A stretch of DNA of 54,458 nt from a virus (taxonomy: Duplodnaviria; Caudoviricetes), in the IMG/VR virus record IMGVR_UViG_3300045256_000069, positions 1 through 54,458 of that record, one strand, 5' to 3'. Numbering within the stretch: position 1 is the stretch's first letter; each line of letters starts with the position of its first letter. Shown piece after piece: positions 37,595-45,909 of the stretch. The translations under genes were made by a program, and so were the position numbers. The notes beneath the pieces are model-generated. The model ran no database searches. It saw only the letters and a list, made by a program, of their open reading frames with translations, and had not been told where the DNA came from.

Positions 37595-38501
37595 TGCGTG
37601 ATACTCCCTTTACCTTGTACCGCTTCTGTTGAGGACCTTCGCCCGTCCTCGGGTCGAAGTTTACGAGAACAGCCGGGAAGTGCATGAGCCTGAAGCCCGT
37701 GCGTCCCTTCCCGACTCTCACGTTGCGATTGTGCGCTCGCCGCAGATGAACGCGGGGAGACGCACGCTTGCCTGCTTCGGTCGTCCGGTCGATCGCGTTC
37801 CCTGTGCGATCATAGACCGTGCCGATATTGATGTAGGTATAGCCCGGGATCGGTGCACGACCGAGCTTCGCCCGCTTCTTGTTGAGCCGAGGTTCCACAG
37901 GGACGACGTGCTTCGCCATTCCCTTGGTGTTGAGCAGGATCAGCGCCGCAGTGACGTGCCGACCGGCGTAGATCAGGTAGGTCTTGTGCAGATACTTCTG
38001 CAGCTTGTCGCGGTGCATCTTCCAGAACGACGGCATCCAAGGAGTGTCGCGCACCTCGAACTCGACTGTGCCCGTCTTCAGGTTGAGCGAGGCGTCGATA
38101 CCCGACGGTGGCAAGAACGCCATCTCGTCATTCAGGTAGTAAATCCACGTGATGACGCGGAACACGCTGCCGGGCAGCTCGTGGATTAGCGAGATGTGCC
38201 GACACTTGCCGAACCCATCGCTCTCCTCGGTTTCGACGACCATTTCGGGGAACGGCAGGCTCAGGCAGCCGGCTTCCTGCATCGCGCTGAGTGATGCGAT
38301 AATGTCCGACGTTGCCATCTCTCTGTGGAGATCGACATCGAACACGAACAGCGGCTTCTGGACCAGAGCGACGCCGAGGTTCTTGAAGATGTGCAGCTGG
38401 TCGTCGCGGACCTGGACGTGATCTCGCTCGCTGTGGGGAGTCGCCATCATGATGCGACCGGCGGACGCCGCGTCGAGCATGTGATGGATCTTCGTGTGCA
38501 T
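37491..38501 (-). CDS. Hypothetical protein with SPR.H.RR.H.R motif
   Basis: RBS AGGAGG before MHTKIHH; LPFP and C-terminal His/Arg motif. Confidence 0.7.
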   Translation of the reverse strand: MHTKIHHMLDAASAGRIMMATPHSERDHVQVRDDQLHIFKNLGVALVQKPLFVFDVDLHREMATSDIIASLSAMQEAGCLSLPFPEMVVETEESDGFGKCRHISLIHELPGSVFRVITWIYYLNDEMAFLPPSGIDASLNLKTGTVEFEVRDTPWMPSFWKMHRDKLQKYLHKTYLIYAGRHVTAALILLNTKGMAKHVVPVEPRLNKKRAKLGRAPIPGYTYINIGTVYDRTGNAIDRTTEAGKRASPRVHLRRAHNRNVRVGKGRTGFRLMHFPAVLVNFDPRTGEGPQQKRYKVKGVSRNDSSNLHDNGILDDPVGVQRIDGGEQLSRADGVL

Positions 38502-38569
38502 CGTGTATCCCTCCTGTGACACGTAGTAATGTATCATAGTGGGTTACACGATGCAGACGATGAAGTCTC

Positions 38570-39244
38570 TTAACGATCTTCGACCGGGACCATGATCACG
38601 TCGCGGTTGATGCGATGCTTGACCACGTAGCCGAACTCTCCGTTCAGCCAAGTCTCGATGTCGCCCTGCCGATAGCCGAACGGAATGCCGAGCCCTTTGT
38701 CCTCGAACGCGATCACAGGGCGCGCACGATTGATCGTGTCGACCGCCCCTCGCAGTGCGAGCATCTCCGCGCCTTCGATGTCGAGGTAGATCAGGTCCAC
38801 CTCTTCGCCGCCGGGCATCGCCATGTCATCGATGGTGATCGTCGGCAGACCTTCGCTCTGATCGTTGAACGTGATCTGGTGCGCGCCGCAGTTCCGATCC
38901 TCACGGAGTAGGCTGACGTGCTGCTTCGCTTTGCTCGTGAGAGCGAACGGCATGGGAGTGATGACGTTGGCGTAGTCCTTGACGTTGTAGAGCAGGGCCT
39001 TGTAGTTCGTCGGGTCCGGCTCGAAGGTATAGACGCGAGCGAAGTGCGCAGCGAACTTGACTGCCCACACACCGCAGTTGCCGCCAGCCTGGATGACTAC
39101 GCGTTTCCGTCGGCAGGCGTTGACGGCGAGGATGGCGTCGGTGTTGAAGGTATCGAAGACGACGGCTGCACACTCGGTGTCAGTGGCCGGCCAAAGATAT
39201 CCGCGTTCCCAGCGGTACCCTTCAGGCGCAGATCGAGATTCCAT
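38570..39244 (-). CDS. FkbM-family SAM methyltransferase
   Basis: QAGGNCG.W, FEPDP.N, TIDD and LDIEG.E..AL.GA..TI....PVI..E motifs. Confidence 0.88.
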   Translation of the reverse strand: MESRSAPEGYRWERGYLWPATDTECAAVVFDTFNTDAILAVNACRRKRVVIQAGGNCGVWAVKFAAHFARVYTFEPDPTNYKALLYNVKDYANVITPMPFALTSKAKQHVSLLREDRNCGAHQITFNDQSEGLPTITIDDMAMPGGEEVDLIYLDIEGAEMLALRGAVDTINRARPVIAFEDKGLGIPFGYRQGDIETWLNGEFGYVVKHRINRDVIMVPVEDR

Positions 39245-39855
39245 TTGATGTCCCTCGGCTTCGGATGCCCGTGGAAGATGACGACCCGCGCTTCGGGCGG
39301 AACGGGGCCACCGTGCATGGTTGCCTTGTAGCTGACGAAGTGACCGGGCACCATGTCCTGCCAGTACCGCACAGCCTGGTACTTCATCTGCAGCTCAATG
39401 AACGCCTGGTCGCCGCCCTCGGCGAACTCGCCCATCCAGCCGTGCGGGTTCTTCATGAACGTTTGCCAGATCACAGGCTTGATGTAGTTCGGGATATACA
39501 TGAACGACGATTGCATACCACGCGGCCGGTAGAAGTCGCGCAGGATACGGAACTCGGTGCCTGGCTGTGCGAGGTGGTGGCAGTTGTCCACAAGGATCGT
39601 GTCGAGGTCCATGTAGAGCAGATCGCCGAAGAACTTGTCCTGGTCGAACAGCTCCATCTTGCTCCACCAGCCGGGCAGGTTCCACGTCAGCGGGCGGATG
39701 TAGTGCCGCAGGCCAACAGACGGATCGTCGGTCAGGATGACGGGCGTCTGGCCGAAGCGATACTTGATCTGCTCCACCAGCGTGTCAACGTCGAGGTCTC
39801 GGTAGTATCCACCCGTCTTGTAGACGAGCACTATCTGTACCATTGCATCCCCCAT
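39097..39855 (-). CDS. GT-A fold glycosyltransferase (GT8-like)
   Basis: LTD, GWWSK.ELF, YMDLD (DxD), GDQ.FI and FHG.PKP motifs. Confidence 0.85.
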   Translation of the reverse strand: MGDAMVQIVLVYKTGGYYRDLDVDTLVEQIKYRFGQTPVILTDDPSVGLRHYIRPLTWNLPGWWSKMELFDQDKFFGDLLYMDLDTILVDNCHHLAQPGTEFRILRDFYRPRGMQSSFMYIPNYIKPVIWQTFMKNPHGWMGEFAEGGDQAFIELQMKYQAVRYWQDMVPGHFVSYKATMHGGPVPPEARVVIFHGHPKPRDIKWNLDLRLKGTAGNADIFGRPLTPSVQPSSSIPSTPTPSSPSTPADGNA

Positions 39856-39911
39856 GCTATAAGCCCGGCGATGACGCCGAGCAAGATGCTGAGTTTCGGG
39901 TTAAAGCGCAT
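39831..39911 (-). CDS. Possible 26-aa membrane peptide
   Basis: MRFNPKLSILLGVIAGLIAWGMQWYR*; fills the gap upstream of the glycosyltransferase. Confidence 0.3.
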   Translation of the reverse strand: MRFNPKLSILLGVIAGLIAWGMQWYR

Positions 39912-39953
39912 GATGGTGGGACCAGCGTTTGTGGCACTGGCCCCAATGTATCA

Positions 39954-40175
39954 TCAGAGCAGCGTGCGCGCAAACGCGCGGGCATCGCTCTCGGTCGTGA
40001 ACTTGTTCACCTTCGCCTTGCACACCACGACCCACTTGCCGGGCTCGGGCGACATCACGACGACGGAGGTGACAGCCGGCTTGTGCGGCTTGTCGGGATC
40101 GACGTGCGGCTTCGGCTGCGGGAGCACAGGGAAGCGACGACGACGCGTGCCGAGGTAATCGCGAGCGTGCTTCAT
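39954..40175 (-). CDS. Hypothetical protein
   Basis: ATGA-coupled start MKHARDY. Confidence 0.55.
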   Translation of the reverse strand: MKHARDYLGTRRRRFPVLPQPKPHVDPDKPHKPAVTSVVVMSPEPGKWVVVCKAKVNKFTTESDARAFARTLL

Positions 40176-40375
40176 CCGTCGATCACACCGCGGTCGATGA
40201 GCTTCTGCTTCTGCGACGTGCGCAGCTGCTCGAGCTTGTCGAGGAACTTCTCGAACTGTCCCTTGGCGAAACGCTCGCGCTCGCCGCCGGTCAGCCACTT
40301 GGCATCCTCGTGACATGGGACGCCCTGAGCGCCCTTCTCGAACTGGAAGTGCTTCGCGAAATTGCCGTACTTCAT
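40172..40375 (-). CDS. Hypothetical protein
   Basis: 67 aa; RBS GGAAGG. Confidence 0.6.
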   Translation of the reverse strand: MKYGNFAKHFQFEKGAQGVPCHEDAKWLTGGERERFAKGQFEKFLDKLEQLRTSQKQKLIDRGVIDG

Positions 40376-40426
40376 TTGATCTTCCTTCCGTTGACTGTGG
40401 TCAGTAGACTCACAGGAGTGATGTGA

Positions 40427-40798
40427 TTAGGCGTGAGCAGCACCGTTGTCTTGCTGTGCATCCTGATGACCGTCCCCGTGAACTTCGCTCCTAAACACGA
40501 AGCGCCCTCGACCTTGTCTCCAGGATTTAACTTGATCTTCATCCACCTCGACTCCGATAATGTTCACGTCGAAGACATTGAGGCAAGCCTCGATATGCGT
40601 CAACAGTGGATTTGCGCGCGTCTTCCACTGGCGTATCGTTGTTCTCTGCACACCACTGCGCTCGGCGAGTTCCTTCATCGTCATGAGGTGCTGGTTCATG
40701 AGCCGGAACAGGTATCGCACGAGCGGATGAGCATGCTCGGGCACGCGCTGCTTGCGGTAGTGAGGCCGGTGCAGCTCCGGAGGTTTGCGCGCGGTCAT
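40427..40798 (-). CDS. XRE/Cro-like HTH regulator
   Basis: MTMKELAERSGV...TI..W.....P.L..IEACL. Confidence 0.75.
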   Translation of the reverse strand: MTARKPPELHRPHYRKQRVPEHAHPLVRYLFRLMNQHLMTMKELAERSGVQRTTIRQWKTRANPLLTHIEACLNVFDVNIIGVEVDEDQVKSWRQGRGRFVFRSEVHGDGHQDAQQDNGAAHA

Positions 40799-41004
40799 GT
40801 CAATAACTTCTCCACGGTTCGGTAGCCCCTTTCATCGATCTGGACTTGGTCGCCGTTCATAAGGACGAGATAAACATCGCCCTCGTGGAAGTGAAGGAAG
40901 CAGATGGATCGGATCGGAATAACGTAGACGTCGTGTGGTCCCTGCACATGGATAGATTTGGGCTTCTTCGTGTCGGGACGAGGAACGCGGAAATGCTCAC
41001 ACAT
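40795..41004 (-). CDS. Hypothetical protein
   Basis: 69 aa; RBS AAGGAG. Confidence 0.6.
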   Translation of the reverse strand: MCEHFRVPRPDTKKPKSIHVQGPHDVYVIPIRSICFLHFHEGDVYLVLMNGDQVQIDERGYRTVEKLLT

Positions 41005-41099
41005 GGTGATCTCCTTTGTTGCTGACCTGTGAATGATCAGTTCAGCGATCCTCGCTCGTCAACGCTTCTCACTCTAGTGTTACCAAATGTTGCGGGATG

Positions 41100-41324
41100 T
41101 TACTCCATCATCCTCGCATCGCACGGCTTCGCAGTGCACGCCCAGTGCACGTGGTTGTTGCTGCGCGCCTTGCTGAGGCGCACGCTGTCCTTCGTCCCAC
41201 AGATCGGGCAAGTCGCCTTGGCCACGTCGAGCTTCTTGTCGATCATGCGCTGCTTCATCTTCACGTGGAACGTGACCATCTTGGCGAACTTCTCTCTGCT
41301 CATGGCTTGTGCAAACTCAGTCAT
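41100..41324 (-). CDS. Small zinc-ribbon protein
   Basis: CPIC...H..C....C. Confidence 0.6.
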   Translation of the reverse strand: MTEFAQAMSREKFAKMVTFHVKMKQRMIDKKLDVAKATCPICGTKDSVRLSKARSNNHVHWACTAKPCDARMME

Positions 41325-41572
41325 AGGCCCACGTCTCCAGAAGTTGGGTTGCGTTGATCGCCGGCAGTTCCTGGTCGGGGAACCGGTAGCCGGCTTCCGA
41401 CACGGCGCGCACGATGCACCATCTGTTCGTAGGTCATCGGATGCGGATCGAGCACCTCCTCGCCGTTGATCCGCGCTTCGAGATATTCGATGCGGTCCAC
41501 GAAGTCCTTGAGCACGTCGGGCAGGTTGTACCGCTGCCGGATGCGACGGCGTAACTCGTTGTAAAAGCTCAC
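41321..41572 (-). CDS. Hypothetical protein
   Basis: GTG start with RBS AAGGAGG; GTGA coupling. Confidence 0.55.
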   Translation of the reverse strand: MSFYNELRRRIRQRYNLPDVLKDFVDRIEYLEARINGEEVLDPHPMTYEQMVHRARRVGSRLPVPRPGTAGDQRNPTSGDVGL

Positions 41573-42036
41573 GAATACCTCCTTACGATGATGTCGCCAG
41601 TGGCGAGCTGGGTTATGCGGACGGTGAAGCCGAAGCGTCGTGCGGCCATGTGGAACGTGCCGCGTGTTGCCTTGCCGAGAGCAGAGCGCGTGACGCGGAA
41701 CCTGTCGCCCTCTTTCTTGAGGTACGTCGTGAAGGCGTGATCCCACCGCCCGTGCTTGTATAGCCGAACAGTGGTGGTGTCGACCACAGGAACGCCTTCG
41801 TTGTCGAGCCGCGCCTGCTTGTCGAGCAGCTCGTGGTACAGCCGCTTGTATCGATTGCGGCTTTCGGTGAGCTGCTTGATCTCCGTGCGCGGCGGGATCG
41901 GTCGAGTGACTGCCTTGATGACCCATATGGGCACGAACACCGACGCGTTGTCGTGATCGGTTGGCTTGATCTGATGCTTGGCCAACGCCTCGAGCCAGGC
42001 AAGCGCATTCGCGCGTATCTCGTCAGTGGAGTGCAT
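41569..42036 (-). CDS. Hypothetical protein
   Basis: 155 aa; tiles the operon. Confidence 0.6.
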   Translation of the reverse strand: MHSTDEIRANALAWLEALAKHQIKPTDHDNASVFVPIWVIKAVTRPIPPRTEIKQLTESRNRYKRLYHELLDKQARLDNEGVPVVDTTTVRLYKHGRWDHAFTTYLKKEGDRFRVTRSALGKATRGTFHMAARRFGFTVRITQLATGDIIVRRYS

Positions 42037-42247
42037 GGCCGATCATCCTGCGGATGGACAGCTCGGCGGTGGCGAGCAGATGCGCCTGCTTCTCGATATA
42101 CCTCAGGAGGCGCTCATTCTCGAGCGCGAGTGTATGCGTGGCGAGCTGCAGCGACTGGATCGTCTCCGACGAATAGCTTAGCGGCAGCGGGCGGCTTGAA
42201 GTACGGGACCCTTTTCTCAAATGCTTTTCCTCTCTTGTAGAGACCAT
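42023..42247 (-). CDS. Hypothetical protein
   Basis: Start MVSTREE; coiled-coil-like; overlaps the upstream ORF. Confidence 0.4.
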   Translation of the reverse strand: MVSTREEKHLRKGSRTSSRPLPLSYSSETIQSLQLATHTLALENERLLRYIEKQAHLLATAELSIRRMIGHALH

Positions 42248-42617
42248 GTTCCAGTGGGGCGATGCCTGCCTGCGTCCAGAACTTGAACAGCTCGGGACCG
42301 GTATGCTGCCAGCGGGACTCCTCGAACAGCCGGCGTCGGCGCATGAACACCCGGTAGGCGTCATTGCCCCACGCGCAGCCGTGCGTGAAGGGGTCGTAGA
42401 GAGCGAGATCGTACCGGTCGATGTATTCCTCGAGCCACTCGAGCGCCTGTGTCTCGAGGTGCCAGAACGGAAGGGGGCCACAGCGCTGCTGCTTGAGCAG
42501 ACCGACGCTACGCTTTTCGTTGCTGCTTGCCACGAGCTGATACATGGGCAGCACGATCCCTCTTCCGGTAATACGCAGCGAGACTGGCGGCTCGAATTTT
42601 CTCACGCTTTTCCTCAC
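42114..42617 (-). CDS. Hypothetical protein
   Basis: 167 aa; aromatic-rich; RBS AAGGAG. Confidence 0.55.
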   Translation of the reverse strand: MRKSVRKFEPPVSLRITGRGIVLPMYQLVASSNEKRSVGLLKQQRCGPLPFWHLETQALEWLEEYIDRYDLALYDPFTHGCAWGNDAYRVFMRRRRLFEESRWQHTGPELFKFWTQAGIAPLEHGLYKRGKAFEKRVPYFKPPAAAKLFVGDDPVAAARHAYTRARE

Positions 42618-42972
42618 TCTCCTTGTCGACCTGTTCGGACACTACGCTCAAGTATATTGCCAGGTCAACGAGGAAAGTCTTGTATTTCTGAGTGCGCAAG
42701 AGTCTAGTCTGCAGGTTGGAATACCGCCGGAGTTGAGTGGATGCGCGGAGCAGCACTGGTGCGATTTGCTCCCGGACGTGCTGTGGCATCAACCGGTCAC
42801 CAGCGAGGTACCGTCTGGCAGAGCGCTCGTCTACTCCGGTAAGTAGGGCGAGAAAAACTGAGTCCCACTGGAGAAATCTGCAGGCGATAATCACCGGGTC
42901 TGCGCTCTCATGAATGCCCACCATGAGGTGCTTTAATCGCTGCTTTATCAACGTCTTAGCTTGTTTGTGCAT
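42508..42972 (-). CDS. Hypothetical protein with HTH-like segment
   Basis: LALLTGVDERSARRYLAG.R..P. Confidence 0.5.
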   Translation of the reverse strand: MHKQAKTLIKQRLKHLMVGIHESADPVIIACRFLQWDSVFLALLTGVDERSARRYLAGDRLMPQHVREQIAPVLLRASTQLRRYSNLQTRLLRTQKYKTFLVDLAIYLSVVSEQVDKESEEKREKIRAASLAAYYRKRDRAAHVSARGKQQRKA

Positions 42973-43089
42973 GCTGGCCGTTCGCGGTCTAGGGATTGGT
43001 AGTGTACGCCACAGGATCGATGAATGCAAATGCGGGTTGTTGCTTTGCGCGCGTAGGGGCGTGTGTGGTGTGCGTGTGCCGGTGCGCAT

Positions 43090-43600
43090 TATGCGCGCTT
43101 ATACGCGCATGTGAAAACCGGCAAATTTGCTAATCATCATCATATAGTTAGTGTTAGTGTGTTGATATTGCTGGTGAAAATGATGATTGGTGTTGAGTGT
43201 CCGAAAGAGGTACTTCATTTACGATGGTGTGTTAAGTCATTGATTTTGTTGATGTCGACTTTTTGAGAGTTCGTGAAAAGCGTGATGTTTCAGCTGGTTA
43301 GATGGTGATCGTGTGTGATGTATCCAGTGGCCTAATCTTCATACGGGTAGTTTTTGTTGTGCTGGATCAATGACTTAGTGTCTGATCGTTGATGATGTGT
43401 CTCGACGGTGTTTGCCTTCGTCACGCGTAATGCGCTGCGCACGTACCGCCCCTACGAGGCTTGGACCTGTGAGTGGGGGGGGTAGTGTGTGGATGGACAA
43501 GATGTGGATTAGGGGCTGGGTGGCCCATATCCACCTTCTAAAAGACCAAACGGCCACTCCAGTCTCTTAATCTTAATCTTTAACGTTAATTCTCACCCAC
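43090..43600. other. AT-richer, G/T-skewed non-coding region with IHF-like sites at the transcription divergence point
   Basis: No credible ORF; WATCAANNNNTTR match at 43233-43245 (-) and near-matches at 43365-43377 (+) and 43155-43167 (-). Confidence 0.55.
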
Positions 43601-43602
43601 TA

Positions 43603-43631
43603 TTGAGACTCTATACCCATTGATGTAGACT
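43603..43631 (+). promoter_or_regulatory. Sigma70-type promoter
   Basis: TTGAGA-17 bp-TAGACT; four TTAA half-sites upstream (43567-43589), one of them exactly 19 bp before the -35. Confidence 0.65.
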
Positions 43632-43653
43632 CTGAAGATCACGGAGGGAACCG

Positions 43654-44004
43654 ATGATAGTCTTGAAGCACCTCTGCCGCGAGTTCGACCTTGAGCCACG
43701 TCGCTTGCGGATGGTCCTGCGCTCACACTACGGCAACCGAGGGAGATGGAAATGGGAAGACGACGCAAGCGAACTGAAAACGATCCGCGACCTGTTGCGG
43801 GATACATTGAACCGTCCAGCCCCCAAAGGCCGCCCACCTCGTGCCTCTACTTCCACAAGGACGGTCGAGACCTCATCGTCAACTTCTGCCACGACGGCGC
43901 AGCAGCCCGATACCTCGAGCTGGTTGGCGAAGGCGAAGGTCCGTACCGTTGGCGGAAAGACGAAGCTGGTCGTCACGCGATCATCTACGAAAGCGGCATC
44001 GTAG
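43654..44004 (+). CDS. Small HTH protein (paralog family)
   Basis: RBS GGAGG; LKHLCREFDLEPRRLRMVLR...RWKW; the C-terminal half looks like shadow-frame sequence. Confidence 0.6.
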   Translation: MIVLKHLCREFDLEPRRLRMVLRSHYGNRGRWKWEDDASELKTIRDLLRDTLNRPAPKGRPPRASTSTRTVETSSSTSATTAQQPDTSSWLAKAKVRTVGGKTKLVVTRSSTKAAS

Positions 44005-44372
44005 CCCGCGCCTCGTCACTCGAGGAGCTGGAGCGGATCATCGAGTCCGATCCTCTCGATGAGCTGCCTGAACCGCACGAGCGGAACATCGCCAACTTCA
44101 AGAGCGATCACGTCCGCGAGTACGTTCCTCGCGAGACACGGAAGCAGAAGCGTGAGCGTCGAGCTGGCGAAGAGCGGGAGCCAAAGCAACCGCGCTTGCC
44201 GAAGCCCGACACGTCCGGTCTCGTAGGCGTGAGCTGGCTCGCAGAGAAGCTCAACGTCGAAGGCAAAGACGTACGGGTTGCGCTACGTGCGCAGTTCAAG
44301 AAGCCTGACATCGGTTGGCTGTGGGACCCTACCGAAGCCGAGAAGGTTCTCAAGTCCCTGAAGCTACGTTAA
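43746..44372 (+). CDS. Protein with C-terminal HTH (paralog family); start uncertain
   Basis: VGVSWLAEKLNVEGKDVRVALR...GWLW. Confidence 0.65.
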   Translation: MEMGRRRKRTENDPRPVAGYIEPSSPQRPPTSCLYFHKDGRDLIVNFCHDGAAARYLELVGEGEGPYRWRKDEAGRHAIIYESGIVARASSLEELERIIESDPLDELPEPHERNIANFKSDHVREYVPRETRKQKRERRAGEEREPKQPRLPKPDTSGLVGVSWLAEKLNVEGKDVRVALRAQFKKPDIGWLWDPTEAEKVLKSLKLR

Positions 44373-44419
44373 TGGGGAGCTGGCATTAAATGGAAGCTGG
44401 CGTTAATGAGAAGCTGGCG
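44369..44419. repeat. Three tandem 17-bp imperfect direct repeats
   Basis: TTAATGGGGAGCTGGCA / TTAAATGGAAGCTGGCG / TTAATGAGAAGCTGGCG. Confidence 0.85.
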
Positions 44420-44692
44420 TCTCGGCTGCCGGTGAGGCCGCGGCTGATCCGCCTGATCCGGAAAGCATTGCGTGACCGATACAGTCTTGCCATGCACGTC
44501 GCCAAGCATCCACGACCTCCTCCCGACCTCGTGCGCAAGTTCCGACGGTCAGACGTGCGAGTCGACGGCCTCATCTCCCTGTGCGGCAGGCATCTTGTGG
44601 CCGCCTATACCGACAGGGAGGTGTGCCTTCTGATGACCGAGGGTGAGTTGAAGCGCCTGGAGGCCTCTCTAGGGCCCGAGAGGGATGACTAA
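44390..44692 (+). CDS. Hypothetical protein
   Basis: 100 aa ORF starting inside the 17-bp repeats; weak support. Confidence 0.35.
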   Translation: MEAGVNEKLASRLPVRPRLIRLIRKALRDRYSLAMHVAKHPRPPPDLVRKFRRSDVRVDGLISLCGRHLVAAYTDREVCLLMTEGELKRLEASLGPERDD

Positions 44693-44832
44693 GCAAATTC
44701 CCTCGACATTCACCGGCTCTCGGGCGCCTGGCTGCCCTCTAGGTTCGTTGCGTGACGCAACTTGAGCGACTTCGACGGTGCAAAATCACCATGCACGACG
44801 CTAGACACGTATCGATGCGGATCAAGAGCCCG

Positions 44833-44868
44833 CTAGAGATGTCTAGAGATCTAGAGATGTCTAGAGAC
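44833..44868. repeat. Four tandem CTAGAGA units
   Basis: CTAGAGATGT CTAGAGAT CTAGAGATGT CTAGAGAC. Confidence 0.85.
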
Positions 44869-44896
44869 CGAGGTGTGGCCACGCCACCGCGACGTC

Positions 44897-45075
44897 TTAA
44901 CCTTACTTGTTAACGTTAAGGCCCCATTAACCTTAACTCTTAACGTTAACGGCATCTTAATGGTTAACGCCATCTTAACCTTAATTCTTAACGTTAACAC
45001 TCCGTCTATCTTAACGCTTTGGTAACGTCTATTCTTAACGTTAACGCCACCCGTGCCACCTTAACGCTTTGTTAA
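44897..45075. promoter_or_regulatory. Dense TTAA/CtrA-box array 1
   Basis: 18 TTAA in 179 bp; perfect TTAA-N7-TTAA at 44916, 44946, 44964 and 45061. Confidence 0.85.
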
Positions 45076-45122
45076 CCACATGCAGGTGTGGCACCTGACA
45101 CGCCGCAGCAGTCTTGTATGAT
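45061..45122 (+). promoter_or_regulatory. Class I CtrA-box promoter
   Basis: Box, 19 bp, CTGACA, 16 bp, TATGAT. Confidence 0.78.
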
Positions 45123-45148
45123 GTGAAGGTCAACAACGAGGACACGCC

Positions 45149-45355
45149 ATGGCCTACTACATGCTCTTCACCCGCCCCTACGTGACGCACAAGTGGGCGC
45201 CGCAATTCGGCGACTACAAGCGCAAGGACGTTGAGCAGGAACGTCGCGACTCGTTCCCGCGCCTCGCCGGCAAGCTGTGGCGCATCGTGCGCCTTGCCGA
45301 CGACCACAAGAACACGCTCGACGCCGTGACGAGGGAAATCAATGGCGATCAGTGA
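45149..45355 (+). CDS. Hypothetical early protein
   Basis: 68 aa; RBS GAGG; W.PQFGDY.R.DVEQE. Confidence 0.7.
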   Translation: MAYYMLFTRPYVTHKWAPQFGDYKRKDVEQERRDSFPRLAGKLWRIVRLADDHKNTLDAVTREINGDQ

Positions 45356-45641
45356 GCAGGAATATCACGCTCTCGTGTCGCGGCGCAAGCCGCGGCATGA
45401 GGTTGACACCACCCTGTGGATGCGCGCACACCTCGCCCCGCCGGAGGACGGGAAGGTCGCCGCGTATTCGTTCGAATATGAAGACCTCGTGTTAACGGTC
45501 CGTGCACCATACCGCGCAGCAGTCGACGCGGCGGTGCGATACTTTCGCCAGGAAAACACCAGCGAAGTTGCCGTCAATTATATCCGCCTGCTTCCGTCAA
45601 AGTTTAAGCATGGCGATGAGGCAAAGGTGACGCGCATTTAG
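45342..45641 (+). CDS. Hypothetical early protein
   Basis: 99 aa; RBS GAGGG. Confidence 0.65.
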   Translation: MAISEQEYHALVSRRKPRHEVDTTLWMRAHLAPPEDGKVAAYSFEYEDLVLTVRAPYRAAVDAAVRYFRQENTSEVAVNYIRLLPSKFKHGDEAKVTRI

Positions 45642-45651
45642 CGCGCCACTC

Positions 45652-45821
45652 TTTACGCCTTGTTAACGTTAACGGAGTGTTAAGCTTCACGTCTTGTTAA
45701 CGTTAACTGTTAAGGTTACCGACGGGTTAAGATTTACGTCTCAGTAATGTTACGAGTTAACGTTAATGGAGCGTACAGAAACATGGTTAACGGTGGGTGG
45801 GCCACTTTAACGGTTCATTAA
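45652..45821. promoter_or_regulatory. Dense TTAA/CtrA-box array 2
   Basis: 12 TTAA; perfect boxes at 45669 and 45807 and several one-mismatch boxes. Confidence 0.8.
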
Positions 45822-45868
45822 CCATTGCGGACGGATGCACCTGACATGCGGGTCGGGTGTGATAATGT
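45807..45868 (+). promoter_or_regulatory. Class I CtrA-box promoter
   Basis: Box, 19 bp, CTGACA, 16 bp, TAATGT. Confidence 0.72.
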
Positions 45869-45909
45869 ATCTCTACGCTCAATGACGAGCGCGACACAGG
45901 AAAACGAAC

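Noticed and set aside
43567-43589. Full CtrA box upstream of 43654
   Set aside because: The four TTAA half-sites are spaced N2, N3 or N9, not N7, so they are recorded only as half-sites.
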